From: Octopus bimaculoides
Lineage: Eukaryota
Reading direction: 5' to 3'
DNA: 64,000 bases
NCBI RefSeq assembly: GCF_001194135.2
Contig: NC_069007.1
Location: 20,868,827 to 20,932,826, forward strand
The notes under the pieces were generated by a model. That model ran no database searches, was not told the DNA's origin, and was given only the letters and a program-made list of their open reading frames with translations. The stretch's first letter is position 1, and each line of letters opens with the position of its first letter. Below, piece by piece: positions 21,401 through 31,800 of the stretch. A program made the position numbers and the translations under genes.

Positions 21401-21792
21401 TGTAAACTACAATTTCTGCTATGAACACCTTACTAAAACCACAGGAAAAATCGATGAAACATCAGGTCTCTCTCAGCCAGAAATACTGCAATGACAACAA
21501 AATACCAGGTCCCAGCTAGAAATACTGCAACGACCACGATACAATACTTCAGTCCAGTCGTTCTTGGAACTTTGGGTTCATAATTGCAGAAATTTCCATG
21601 TGTAGAACACAAATTCGCAAACATTTTCCTGAAAATTCCAAAAAATAAAAAGTGATGATGGGTTACTTAAACCAGAAATTCCACTCATTTCCCCATATAT
21701 TTGACAATAATAGAAGTTCCATCACCACAAACTTTATATTCTTTTGAGTGTTGTTAAATCATTAATGACAAATGATTTCTCCACATATTTCG

Positions 21793-22941
21793 CTATAAAA
21801 CAGTTTTGTCTCTTGTGTGTATTTTTTTATGTAAACTAAGAGCTGAACTGTGAGAGAAAGATTTCCCACACAGCTCACAATGGAATGGTTTTTCTCCAGT
21901 ATGTACTCTTTTGTGAGATACAAGATGAGCATTTTGAGTGAAAGATTTACCACAAGTATCACAGTGAAACCGTTTTTCTCCAGTGTGTGTTCTTTTATGA
22001 GTTCTTAAATTGCTGTTATCGAGAAAACTTTTCCCACAAATCTCACAATGAGAAGGTTTTTCTCCTGTATGGACTCTTATGTGTTTGACTAAATCGTTTT
22101 TAGAGAAGAAAGACTTCTCGCATACTTGACAGTGAAACGGTTTCTCTCCTGTGTGTATTCTTCTGTGTCTGGCTAAATTACTTCTAGAGACGGAAGGAAT
22201 TCCACATAGTTCACAGTGGAAAGGTTTTTCTCCGGTGTGACTCCGTATATGGATAACAAGACTTGATTTCCAACAGAAAGATTTTCCACATATTTCACAA
22301 TGAAACGGATTTTCTTTAGCTTCTGTTTCTAAATCACCACTTATATCAAATTGTTCCCCATCTGTTTGATTTCCGGAGGTCTCCTCTCCAGTGTGGCTAC
22401 GCATATGGAGAAGAAGATTCGGTTTATGAACGAAAGTATCACCACAGATTTCGCACCGAAACAGCATTCTTCTCGTGTGTACTTTTGTATGTGTTTTTAA
22501 GACAGAAAGATAAGCGAATGATTTTCCACACGTTTCGCAATGGAACGGTTTCTCTCCAGTGTGACTTCGTACGTGGATAATAAGTCCTGAATTATGGAAG
22601 AAAGACTTCCCGCATATTTCACACGGAAACAATCTTTGTCTACTGTGTCGTCTTTTGTGCCATGTTAATTTTTTTCTAGAGGCAAAACACTTCTGACATA
22701 TTTCACACTCATTTGTCTTTTCGCTCTTGTGTGTGCGTGTGTGCATAAATAATTCGTGTTCTGAAGAGAACATTTTCTTACAAATCTCACAGCTATATTC
22801 AGTAATATTTCCGTCTAATGATTTTTGATCAGTAAATGTTTCATCACATAAGGTTTTCTTACCGTTGTCTGTCTGTGAAATTGAATCTACATCGTTAAAA
22901 ACAGTTGCGTTAGAAGAATCTATGTCATCAACGTCTTCCAT
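21793..22941 (-). CDS. C2H2 zinc-finger protein G6, family A (11 fingers split by an acidic spacer)
   Basis: MEDVDDIDSSN start at 22941 within the 400-aa ORF; 5 fingers, then the spacer TSGNQTDGEQFDISGDLETEAKE, then 6 fingers. Confidence 0.92.
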   Translation of the reverse strand: MEDVDDIDSSNATVFNDVDSISQTDNGKKTLCDETFTDQKSLDGNITEYSCEICKKMFSSEHELFMHTRTHKSEKTNECEICQKCFASRKKLTWHKRRHSRQRLFPCEICGKSFFHNSGLIIHVRSHTGEKPFHCETCGKSFAYLSVLKTHTKVHTRRMLFRCEICGDTFVHKPNLLLHMRSHTGEETSGNQTDGEQFDISGDLETEAKENPFHCEICGKSFCWKSSLVIHIRSHTGEKPFHCELCGIPSVSRSNLARHRRIHTGEKPFHCQVCEKSFFSKNDLVKHIRVHTGEKPSHCEICGKSFLDNSNLRTHKRTHTGEKRFHCDTCGKSFTQNAHLVSHKRVHTGEKPFHCELCGKSFSHSSALSLHKKIHTRDKTVL

Positions 22942-23476
22942 ATTAGCTGAACTGGAATTCTTGCAAGCTATAGAATTATCTCTAACTCTAATCAATTACA
23001 GAGCTGTTTCTAGTATTAAATATAATGGATATGCTTCAACTAGATATGATCACATTAGTCGAAGATGGCGGTGTCGGTAAAAAAATTTTCCTGCTTCTCA
23101 GTGTTACCGGTGATATACACTTTAGTTCGCCTCATATAATTCAATACAATCAGAAAATGTTTCAGTTTTATTAACGTATTCGCTTCTGGTTTGATAAATT
23201 TGATAAATCTGGTGTATTCGCTTCTGGTTTGATAAATTTGATAGTGTTTCTGGTGTGTTAAATTATGTTAGGGACCTTTATCATCTGTCACCGATGTTAT
23301 TCAGGAGAGAACAGTTTTTCAGTGACACCGTACTCTTAGTATTTTTATAATTAGTTCAGTTAAATTAATTAAATTACGTAAAGAAAGTTTCATGATATCG
23401 AAGACATAACACTTAACTATAATAGATTATAGCCACAAACATTTCTACAGCTTTTAAGAATCCCTGTTCAATTAAT
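22942..23476. promoter_or_regulatory. Compact divergent promoter region G6/G7
   Basis: Two mirror cassettes within 535 bp; AAGATGGCG (YY1-type) at 23062-23070; 30-bp direct repeat at the centre. Confidence 0.65.
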
Positions 23477-24577
23477 ATGGATTCAGTTGCACAGATATAC
23501 AATGGTAAGGAATCTTTATGTAATGAAACATTTACTAAACAAAGATCATTACGCAAAAATATTACTGAATATCTCTGTAATATTTGTAAGAAAACATTCT
23601 CTTCAGAAGATGGTTTATTAACGCATAAGAAAATACACAAGAGTAAAAAACCATTTCGCTGTGAAATATGTGAGAAATCTTATGTATCTAAAAGTAATTT
23701 AACAAGTCACAAGAGGATACATACTGGAGAAAGACTATTTCGTTGTGAAATATGTGGGAAATATTTTATCCACAATTGTAAACTTGTTGCCCATATGAGT
23801 AGTCACACTGGAGAGAAACGGTTCCATTGTGAAATATGTACGAAATCGTTCGTGAGTATAAGTAACTTGAAGGAACATAGGAACTTACACACTGGAGAGA
23901 AACGGTTTCACTGTGAGATATGTGGGAAATCTTTCTTTTGGAAAAAGAGTTTTGTTATCCACGTGCGTTGTCATACGGGAGAGAAACCCTATCGTTGTGA
24001 TATATGTGGAAAATCTTTCGTATCTAGTAGCAATTTAGTACATCACAAAAAAATACATACTGGCGAAAAACCATTTCACTGTGAAATATGTGGTAAATCG
24101 TTTGTCGCTAATGACGAATTGACAAAACACAACAGAACACATACTGGAGAAAACCCTTTCCACTGTGATATATGCGGGGAATCGTTTCTTGACAGTAGTA
24201 ACTTAACAACTCATAAACGGACACACACCGGAGAGAGACCTTTTCACTGTGAAATATGTGGGAAATCTTTCAGACAGAATTCCCATCTTATATTTCACAT
24301 AAGAAGGCATACTGGAGAAAAGCCTTTTCATTGTGAAATGTGTGGTTTATCTTTCGTTTCTAACAGTGACTTAACAATGCACAAAAGAAGACATACTGGA
24401 GACAAACAGCATCACTGTGAAATATGTGGGAAATCTTTTGTCTCCAGCAGTGAACTGACATCTCATAAAAGAACTCACACTGGAGAAAACTGTGTTGTTT
24501 GTATGAAATCTTTTGTGTCTAAGAAAGAATTGCTGGCACATAAAAATACACACTTGAGTGATACATATTCCCCGTGA
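23477..24577 (+). CDS. C2H2 zinc-finger protein G7, family A (12 fingers, N-terminally shortened)
   Basis: 366-aa ORF starting MDSVAQ that keeps the ETFTKQRS...NITEY segment; family-A upstream context present. Confidence 0.93.
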   Translation: MDSVAQIYNGKESLCNETFTKQRSLRKNITEYLCNICKKTFSSEDGLLTHKKIHKSKKPFRCEICEKSYVSKSNLTSHKRIHTGERLFRCEICGKYFIHNCKLVAHMSSHTGEKRFHCEICTKSFVSISNLKEHRNLHTGEKRFHCEICGKSFFWKKSFVIHVRCHTGEKPYRCDICGKSFVSSSNLVHHKKIHTGEKPFHCEICGKSFVANDELTKHNRTHTGENPFHCDICGESFLDSSNLTTHKRTHTGERPFHCEICGKSFRQNSHLIFHIRRHTGEKPFHCEMCGLSFVSNSDLTMHKRRHTGDKQHHCEICGKSFVSSSELTSHKRTHTGENCVVCMKSFVSKKELLAHKNTHLSDTYSP

Positions 24578-25529
24578 AATAGGTGACGAGTCTTTCATCT
24601 CTAAATCATATTTTAATAATACACAAACATACACACTAGCGAAAAATCGTATCATTGTGAAGTATATGGAAAATTACACAGTGTAACACGATTTTTGTGT
24701 TTGGGTAGCAACTGCTATTTCTTATTTGCTTACCCCTACAAAGTATGAAAATTGGCAAAAAAATTAATTTTTCTTCAGACATGCATCATCATCATCATCA
24801 TCAAAAGTCTGAGATTCTGTCAGATTAACCCTTTAGCACTTAAACCACCCATATTTGGCCTAAATATTCTGTTTTATGCTTAAACTGGTTAGATCTGGTT
24901 TCTCACACCTATCATACAATGTCATTCTTAAAACTAAACAATCACATCATTGAAATCTTGAAGCTAAAAGATAAATTCGAAACAGTGTGAACAGGTAATC
25001 ATTACATTTGGAAGAGGAATCTGGAATGCTAAAGATTTTATGACCCTTTAACAATTTTGGAATTATATACATCTTTTATTTCCTTTACAAGAAACTGTAA
25101 TATTACAAATAACACAAAAAAAAAAAAATGTCAATGTTCACAATTAGCTTCAATAAAATTAAGATATCTGCAAATTTGATTAAAATTCTTTTCGAAGAAA
25201 GGACTGTTGATGTTTCTTAACTGCCTAGATCATGTCTTACCTATCTGTCGTGACAATAGCTCCAACAACCTAACAATAAGTAAAATCTGTTCTTTTAACC
25301 CTTTCATTACCAACCCTGCTAAAACTGGTTCTGGCTCTGAGTACAAACTGGAATATGAGACAAGTTCTACTCATCAAACATCTACTCGTATTTCTGTTAC
25401 AGTTTGTAAAGGACTGAGTACAAAATGTGGTATTGCTTGGGAATATGAGATGGCACAACAGGCAGAGAATGGACTAAGGTTGGAGAAAAATTAGGTGAAT
25501 GTTCTGCTTAATATGTAATGACAGGATGA

Positions 25530-25690
25530 AGAGGCACGTGGCTTAGTGGTTAGGGATGTTGGACTCTTGATCGTAAGGTTATGGTTTTGATTCCTGGACC
25601 GGGTGACACGTTGCATATTTGAGCAAAACACTTCATTTCATGTTGCTCCAGTCCACTCAGCTGGCAAAAATGAGTAATCCTACAGTGGAC
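25530..25690 (+). mobile_element. tRNA-headed SINE, family 4
   Basis: GGCACGTGGCTTAGTGGTTAGG...GATTCCTGG...GCTCCAGTCCACTCAGCTGGCAAAAATGAGT; relatives at ~592-660(-), 15520-15605(-) and 19380-19625(-). Confidence 0.7.
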
Positions 25691-25875
25691 CGGCATCCAG
25701 TCCAGGTGGGGAATCTACATGGCTGAGAAATGGAGCCGCAAATGCAGAATATAAGTTAGTCCTACAGCGAAAAATGTTCCTGAAGGTCAGCAATGGTCTT
25801 CCTAAGTCACGAGTGGACAGCCATCATCATATATATGTGCGTATATATGTATATATAGATGTGTGTGTGTGTGTA

Positions 25876-27240
25876 TTAGCGTGTGGAAGATTTAAGCGTC
25901 TTCCGTCTTGTCCAAATCTCGGGGATTTTGGCTTCGAAAATCTTCAGTCTCTTTCAACCTTTCACGGTGATTAGAGGCTAGGGAATGTGTGCACCAGGGG
26001 ATGTACCCAGGCAGTTGAAGTGAGAGTCATCTTCACCTTGTTTTCAGTGTTTGTGGGGGGATGTTTTATGCACCTTTAAGTTCTTAAACACCCAATGTAA
26101 CGTGCTGGTTGGTCGTATAACATAGTTACAAGGTGTACGGTAGTTTCACTGTAACCGTATGAACTTTTAGCCAGGCGATTCCAGTACAGGAAACCTGGGG
26201 GGCCCAACCAGAAACATTCCTCACTCTTCGTACATTTCCGCAAAATAATTTGTCTTGAAGAATTCTGTGACAATAAATGGAAGTAACAATAGCGTTAAAT
26301 AATCAAAACGAGGAACACGAAATAATTGTCATTTAACATATAATTTATGCGTATGTCAACAATATAACTATGGACATGGTGAATATTTTAATAAAGATTT
26401 GGTTTGTTGCTTTCAAAACGTTTGCGCTTCTTCTCAAGTTACTTCTATAATACTGGACCCTAGCAGCGGGAAATTTAGACAGTGTCACGTGACAACTTGC
26501 TGGGGGTAGCCTGCTGGAGCCTAGCAGCAGGTATAAAAAAGGGGAATTTGACAAGGCAGTCAGTCGGAAGCTGACACTCGTTGATGCTACTTCGAAGAGG
26601 CCAGGGAATAGAAGAAAGAAGACATGCACCCAGCACCAGAGCTGAAGACACCTCCGAAGGGGGGGGGGGGCTGCCACGTCAAAACGGCAGAGGAGTAGGG
26701 GCCGAAACCGGACGTGGTTCCTCCTGATGATGTCTTGAGCTAACTGGATCCTATAAAGGAGCTGTTGTGGTAGAAGACCACGAAACATGGTTAAAATTCC
26801 TGTATTATTCATTCAGTGAACATGGTGAGCATTTGGCGGAGGTAAAGAATACGTACTTCACCTGTTTTCGGCAGAACAAAAACCCAAACCCCAAACACCA
26901 GGTGTACGTATTTACTTTCGCCGAGCTTTTTAATAAAAAATACAAGTTTTGCAATTAAACTGTTTGAGCATTTCAGATAATTGTAACAAAGCAACATTTA
27001 TTCTTCATTCGATGTTCGATATACTGCATATGTAGGGTGAGTACTTTCATTAAAAATGTTTGTTGCTCAAAATTGGTGAGAAACACAAGAGAATCAAATC
27101 TGCTCGTCTTTTTAATGGGAAGTTTGGTATAATCGGAACGGGAATTAGCTGCTATGTCTAGCGGGTGAAGCAATCCTATTGAGGTTCCATCGTTAAGCAA
27201 TATTTTACTGGATGATAGTTTTTCTTTTTTAATCAATGTT
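25876..27240 (+). other. Unclassified GC-richer insert with a Pol II promoter and broken ORFs
   Basis: GTCACGTGAC 26484, TATAAAA 26532, TCAGTC 26560, AATAAA 26932; not similar to any other repeat in the window. Confidence 0.45.
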
Positions 27241-27254
27241 GGATACAGTGGAAC

Positions 27255-27484
27255 AGAGTAAATTGATAAAATTGATGATTCTGAAGGTGTTAAATTATGT
27301 TAGGGAACTTTTATTTATGACACCGGTGTCAGTGACAAGAGGAAAATATTTCGAACAACACCGTTGATTAGGAACCTTTATTATTTGGTTCGATTAATTT
27401 AATTATAATTAATAAACAACTAAACCACAGCAACTAAGACATGAAACTGAAACATAAGAGATTATAGTAATCGGGTGAATTAAC
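27255..27484 (+). promoter_or_regulatory. Family-A upstream cassette of G8
   Basis: AAATTATGTTAGGG 27292-27305, CACCGGTG 27321-27328, GAGGAAAA, AACACCGTT. Confidence 0.6.
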
Positions 27485-28540
27485 ATGGATCGCGTTAATC
27501 ACCTGAACACTTCTAACGATGTTGGTTCAGTAATAGAAGCACACAATGGTAAGAAAGCTTTATGTAATGAAACATTTACTAAACAAAGATCAACGCGTAA
27601 AAATATTACTGAATACAGCTGTGAAATTTGTAAGAAGACTTTCTCTTCGGAGCATAAATTATTCGCGCACAAAGACACACACAAGAAGGGGAACCCCCTC
27701 GAGTGTGAAATGTGTAAGAAATCGTTTGTCTCCAAAATTAAATTAACAAGACACAAGAAAATACACGTCTGCGATAAACCGTTTCAGTGTCAGATCTGTG
27801 AGAAATCTTTCTTTCAGAATGCAGAACTCGTTATCCATGTACGTAGTCATACTGGAGAGAAACCATTCCATTGTCAAACATGTGGGAAAACATTCGTCAG
27901 TGGTCTTGTGTTAAGAAGACATATGAAAATACATACAGGAATAAAACCGTTTCGGTGCGAAATATGTGGGGAGTCTTTCGTTCGTAATCCGAATCTTCTG
28001 ATCCACATACGTAGTCACACTGGAGAGAAACCCTATCATTGTGATATTTGTGAAAAATCCTTCGTTTCCAGAAGTAATTTGGCGATACACAAACGACGGC
28101 ATACTGGCGAAAAACTATTTCACTGTGAAATATGTGGTAAATCGTTTGTCACTAATGGCGAATTAACAAAACACAACAGAACACATACTGGAGAAAACCC
28201 TTTTCAGTGTGACATTTGTGGGGAATCGTTTCTTGACAGTAGTAACTTAACAACTCATAAACGAATCCATACTGGAGAGAGACCTTTTCCCTGTGAAATA
28301 TGTGGGAAATCTTTCACCCAGAATTCCCATCTTGCAGTTCACAGAAGAATGCACACTGGAGAAAAGCCTTTTCATTGTGAAACTTGTGGGAAATCTTTTG
28401 TGTCCAACAGTGATTTAACAACTCATAAAAGGATTCATACTGGAGAGAAACCTTTTCATTGTGAAATATGTGGCAAATCTTTCAGACAGAATTCTAGTCT
28501 TGTTGTTCACAAAAGAATACACACTGGGGAAAAAGTTTGA
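27485..28540 (+). CDS. C2H2 zinc-finger protein G8, family A (11 fingers)
   Basis: 351-aa ORF, MDRVNHLNTSN start, 11 fingers. Confidence 0.93.
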   Translation: MDRVNHLNTSNDVGSVIEAHNGKKALCNETFTKQRSTRKNITEYSCEICKKTFSSEHKLFAHKDTHKKGNPLECEMCKKSFVSKIKLTRHKKIHVCDKPFQCQICEKSFFQNAELVIHVRSHTGEKPFHCQTCGKTFVSGLVLRRHMKIHTGIKPFRCEICGESFVRNPNLLIHIRSHTGEKPYHCDICEKSFVSRSNLAIHKRRHTGEKLFHCEICGKSFVTNGELTKHNRTHTGENPFQCDICGESFLDSSNLTTHKRIHTGERPFPCEICGKSFTQNSHLAVHRRMHTGEKPFHCETCGKSFVSNSDLTTHKRIHTGEKPFHCEICGKSFRQNSSLVVHKRIHTGEKV

Positions 28541-29282
28541 TTATGAAATATAGCAGGAATCTTCCTTTCATTTGTGTAATTGCATAAAAACTCCTACATT
28601 GTGAAATCTTTTGTCTCGAAAGGGATATCGCATGTCACAACTGCCTCCTCCCCACCAAAAGAAACATAACTGACACATCATCATCATTTGATGTCTGTTT
28701 TCCATCCTGGCATGGATTGGATGGCTTGACAGGATCTTTCAAGGCCAGGGGCCACACCAGATTCCATAGTCTGTTTTTTGGTTGCCTTCTACAGTTGGAT
28801 GCCCTTCACGATGCCAATCACTTTACAGCGTGTACTGGGTGCTTTTTATGCAGCTCTATCACCAATGCTTTTTATGTGGCACCATTTCCAGTGGTTTTAC
28901 ATGGCACCAGCACCAGTGCTTTTAATGTGGCACCTGCACCCAAGAGAAAAATTCATTCAGTGTAAAATATGTTCTTGAGCAAAAATAAAAAAATAGTTGC
29001 CTGTACAGCTCAAGAATAACAATTGCAGGCAAAACTAATGGACAAAATCTGCTGCATCTTATTTTTCTGTGTTCATTACCATGTTACTAAGAATCTGCTT
29101 GAGAGGACATTTGACCTATTTCCTGTAATAGTAGGAATTTGGTGTAATGGAATTCAAAGTGACCCTCAAACTGCATATAAGGTGTTGCAATCTTTATAAA
29201 ATCAAAAAACTGAACTGTCACAAAATCTTGTTTTTGAGAAATAATTCTGATATTATTGTGTAAACTACTACATTTGCCAGCG

Positions 29283-29506
29283 TATGTGAGGAAGTACTGA
29301 AAAGTTCCTTGCTTTAATGGTATCACGAAAGGCCTGGTTGGAGGCTCAACCTTTCAAGTTCTTTTACAGGGCATAAAGAAACTGAAGAACCTCTAATATG
29401 TGTGTAAACCTAAGCGAAGAATATGGTGAATAAAATTGTAATTAACTGAATCTTCTCCATTTTCTTTTACCCAAACCCAGGAACTTTTTAGCACCCCCCC
29501 CTCATA
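29283..29506 (+). mobile_element. Non-autonomous mariner-like element
   Basis: TA-flanked imperfect TIRs (GTACTGAAAAGTTCC / GGAACTTTTTAGCAC); interior reads FFYR(G)IKKL..V.L.EEYGE*, like a mariner transposase C-terminus; another 3' end at ~39310-39378. Confidence 0.6.
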
Positions 29507-29786
29507 TGATGCATGTTTTACAGGGATATTTTGTGGAAGAAATATAATTAATGTTTGGTCATACACCCATTGAAGGATACTTCGATGTGCTTTTGTTGGG
29601 GGGAAATGTCTGATTCTATGCATGTAAATACAATATTATGACTATTACAGGAATAAAAAATGAAACCATAAATTTATCAAATAAACTATGTTATAGGAGT
29701 ACCATGTTATAGGAGTACCATGTTGTAGGAGTACCATGTTTCAACTTTATCTTCTTTCAACTCAACTCTATAATTGTTTATATTAA

Positions 29787-29985
29787 CAGGGGCAATAAAC
29801 ACTGAAGATGTTCAGAAAACAGATTCCATCTCATGCCAGGGGAAGAAACTAGAAGTAGTTGATAGCTTCCGCTACCTAGGTGACCAAGTCTGTAGTGGGG
29901 GGTGGATGTTCTAAGAGCATTGCCACTAGAATAAGAATAGCCTGGGGAAAGTTCAGAAAACTCCTACCTCTGTTGGTAACAAAGA
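29787..29985 (+). mobile_element. RTE-like LINE reverse-transcriptase fragment
   Basis: KLEVVDSFRYLGDQVCSGG /frameshift/ GCSKSIATRIRIAWGKFRKLLPLLVTK. Confidence 0.75.
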
Positions 29986-30481
29986 GAAGTGGGTGTGCTT
30001 ACACTGTAAAACCAGGAAAAAAAAAAAAGGCACGATCAGGCTCAAACTTCAACCACCGAGGACAACTCTGCCTTTCATCCTTTCAGGGTCAATAAATTAA
30101 GTACCAGTGTCAATTTACTCCCCCTCCCCCACCCCCACAAAAAAACTTCTGGTCTTATACCAAAATTAATAAGAATTTTTATTGTTACATTTTATTATTG
30201 AAGAACATGTTGGAATTTGTTAGCACAGCGGGCAAAACGATTTGAGGTATTTCTTTCTGGTTTTTACGTTCTGAGTTCAAATTCTGATGAAGTTGATTTT
30301 TGCTTTTCATCCTTTCGAGGTCAATAAAATAATTTCGGCCTTTTGGCTAAGATCAAAGTGTAGTCAAGTTCTAGGATCAATGCAATCGACTGGTCAGCTC
30401 TCCTCAAAATTGCTGGTCTTGAAACCACTATACGGACAGAAGGGAGTGGTAGAATACAAAATTAGATTTGCACAAGATTTC

Positions 30482-31564
30482 TCACATTTCGCATTTAAAA
30501 GTCTCTCCTCCAATATGTATTTCTTTGTGTCTTTTTAAGCGACTGCTAGTGATAAAAGATTTTCCACAAATATCACAATGATAAGGCTTTTCTCCAGTAT
30601 GTATTGTTTTGTGAACTGCAAGATGGGAATTTTGAGTGAAAGATTTCCCACATATTTCACAGTGGAAAGGTTTCTCTCCAGTATGGATTCGTTTATGTGT
30701 TGTTAAATTACTACTGTCCATAAAACATTCGCCACACGTATCACAGTGAAACGGATTTTCTCCAGTGTGAATTCTTTTGTGTTTCGTTAAATCACCATTG
30801 GTGACAAAAGACTTTCCACATACTTCACAGTGAAACGGTTTTTCTCCCGTATGTATTTTTTCGTGTCTTACTAAATTACTTTTAGAGACGAAAGACTTGT
30901 CACATGTTCCACAATGATAAGGTTTCTCTCCGGTATGACTACGTATATGGACAACAAGACTCGAGTACTGAATGAAAGATTCCCCACATATTTCACAGTG
31001 GCGCGGTTTTTCTCCAGTATGTATCCTTTTGTGACTTACTAAATAACTATTGTGCACAAAAGATTTTCCACAGACATCGCAGCGAAAGGGTTTCTCTCCA
31101 GTATGTATAATTTTATGCGTTGTTAAGTGACCATTTGTGATAAAAGATTTCCCACACATTTCACAGTGATATGGTTTTTCTCCAGTGTGACTACGTACGT
31201 GAATTACAAGGTGAGAATTACTTATGAAAGATTTACCACATATTTTGCAGTGATACCGTTTTCCTCCGCTGTGACTACGTTTGTGTCTTGCTAATTGACT
31301 CTCAGAGACGAAGGATCTCCCACATATTTCACAGTAAGGTTTTTCTGGCTTGTGTACGTTACTATGTGTAAATAATTCATAGTCAGAAGGGAATGCTTTC
31401 TTACAGATGTCACAGCTATAGTTTGTAATATTTCTACGTAATGATCTTTGTTCAGTAAATGTTTCGTTATATAAAGCTTTCTTACCATTGAATGTCTGTG
31501 TGATTGAATCTATATCGTTAAAAACAGTTGTATTAGAAGTATCCAACTGATTAACGTCTTCCAT
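30482..31564 (-). CDS. C2H2 zinc-finger protein G9, family A (11 fingers)
   Basis: 360-aa ORF, MEDVNQLDTSN start, ends KCEM-stop. Confidence 0.93.
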   Translation of the reverse strand: MEDVNQLDTSNTTVFNDIDSITQTFNGKKALYNETFTEQRSLRRNITNYSCDICKKAFPSDYELFTHSNVHKPEKPYCEICGRSFVSESQLARHKRSHSGGKRYHCKICGKSFISNSHLVIHVRSHTGEKPYHCEMCGKSFITNGHLTTHKIIHTGEKPFRCDVCGKSFVHNSYLVSHKRIHTGEKPRHCEICGESFIQYSSLVVHIRSHTGEKPYHCGTCDKSFVSKSNLVRHEKIHTGEKPFHCEVCGKSFVTNGDLTKHKRIHTGENPFHCDTCGECFMDSSNLTTHKRIHTGEKPFHCEICGKSFTQNSHLAVHKTIHTGEKPYHCDICGKSFITSSRLKRHKEIHIGGETFKCEM

Positions 31565-31800
31565 GTTAATTAACCAGGAATACTTACAATCTGTAGAAAT
31601 GCCTGTGAGTATAATCTATTATGGTTCAATTTCTTGCCTTAAATATCATAGGAATTCGTTTGTTTAAATGATATAATTAATTTCTTTGGACTAATTACAA
31701 AGATACTAAAGCGGCGGTGACGTTGAAAATTTTCCCTCGCCTTAACAACACCGGTGATAGAAAAGAAGGATCCCTAACACAATTTAATACATTCACAAAC
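31565..31800 (-). promoter_or_regulatory. Family-A upstream cassette of G9
   Basis: GGCGGTGACG 31713-31722, CACCGGTG 31749-31756, CCCTAACACAATTT ~31772-31785. Confidence 0.6.

Noticed and set aside
25207-25494. 95-aa ORF with a small internal repeat (GAGTACAAA...GGAATATGAGA)
   Set aside because: Non-ATG start in the track, no recognisable domain or splice context
26590-26740. Hammerhead-ribozyme-like words (CTGAAGA, CTGATGA, GAAAC) suggesting a Penelope element
   Set aside because: I could not build stems I-III with the required pairing or order
26267-26988. Possible solo LTR (TGTGAC...GTAACA with TATA and AATAAA)
   Set aside because: No target-site duplication at these ends and similar-composition DNA extends beyond both; kept only as an alternative in the finding
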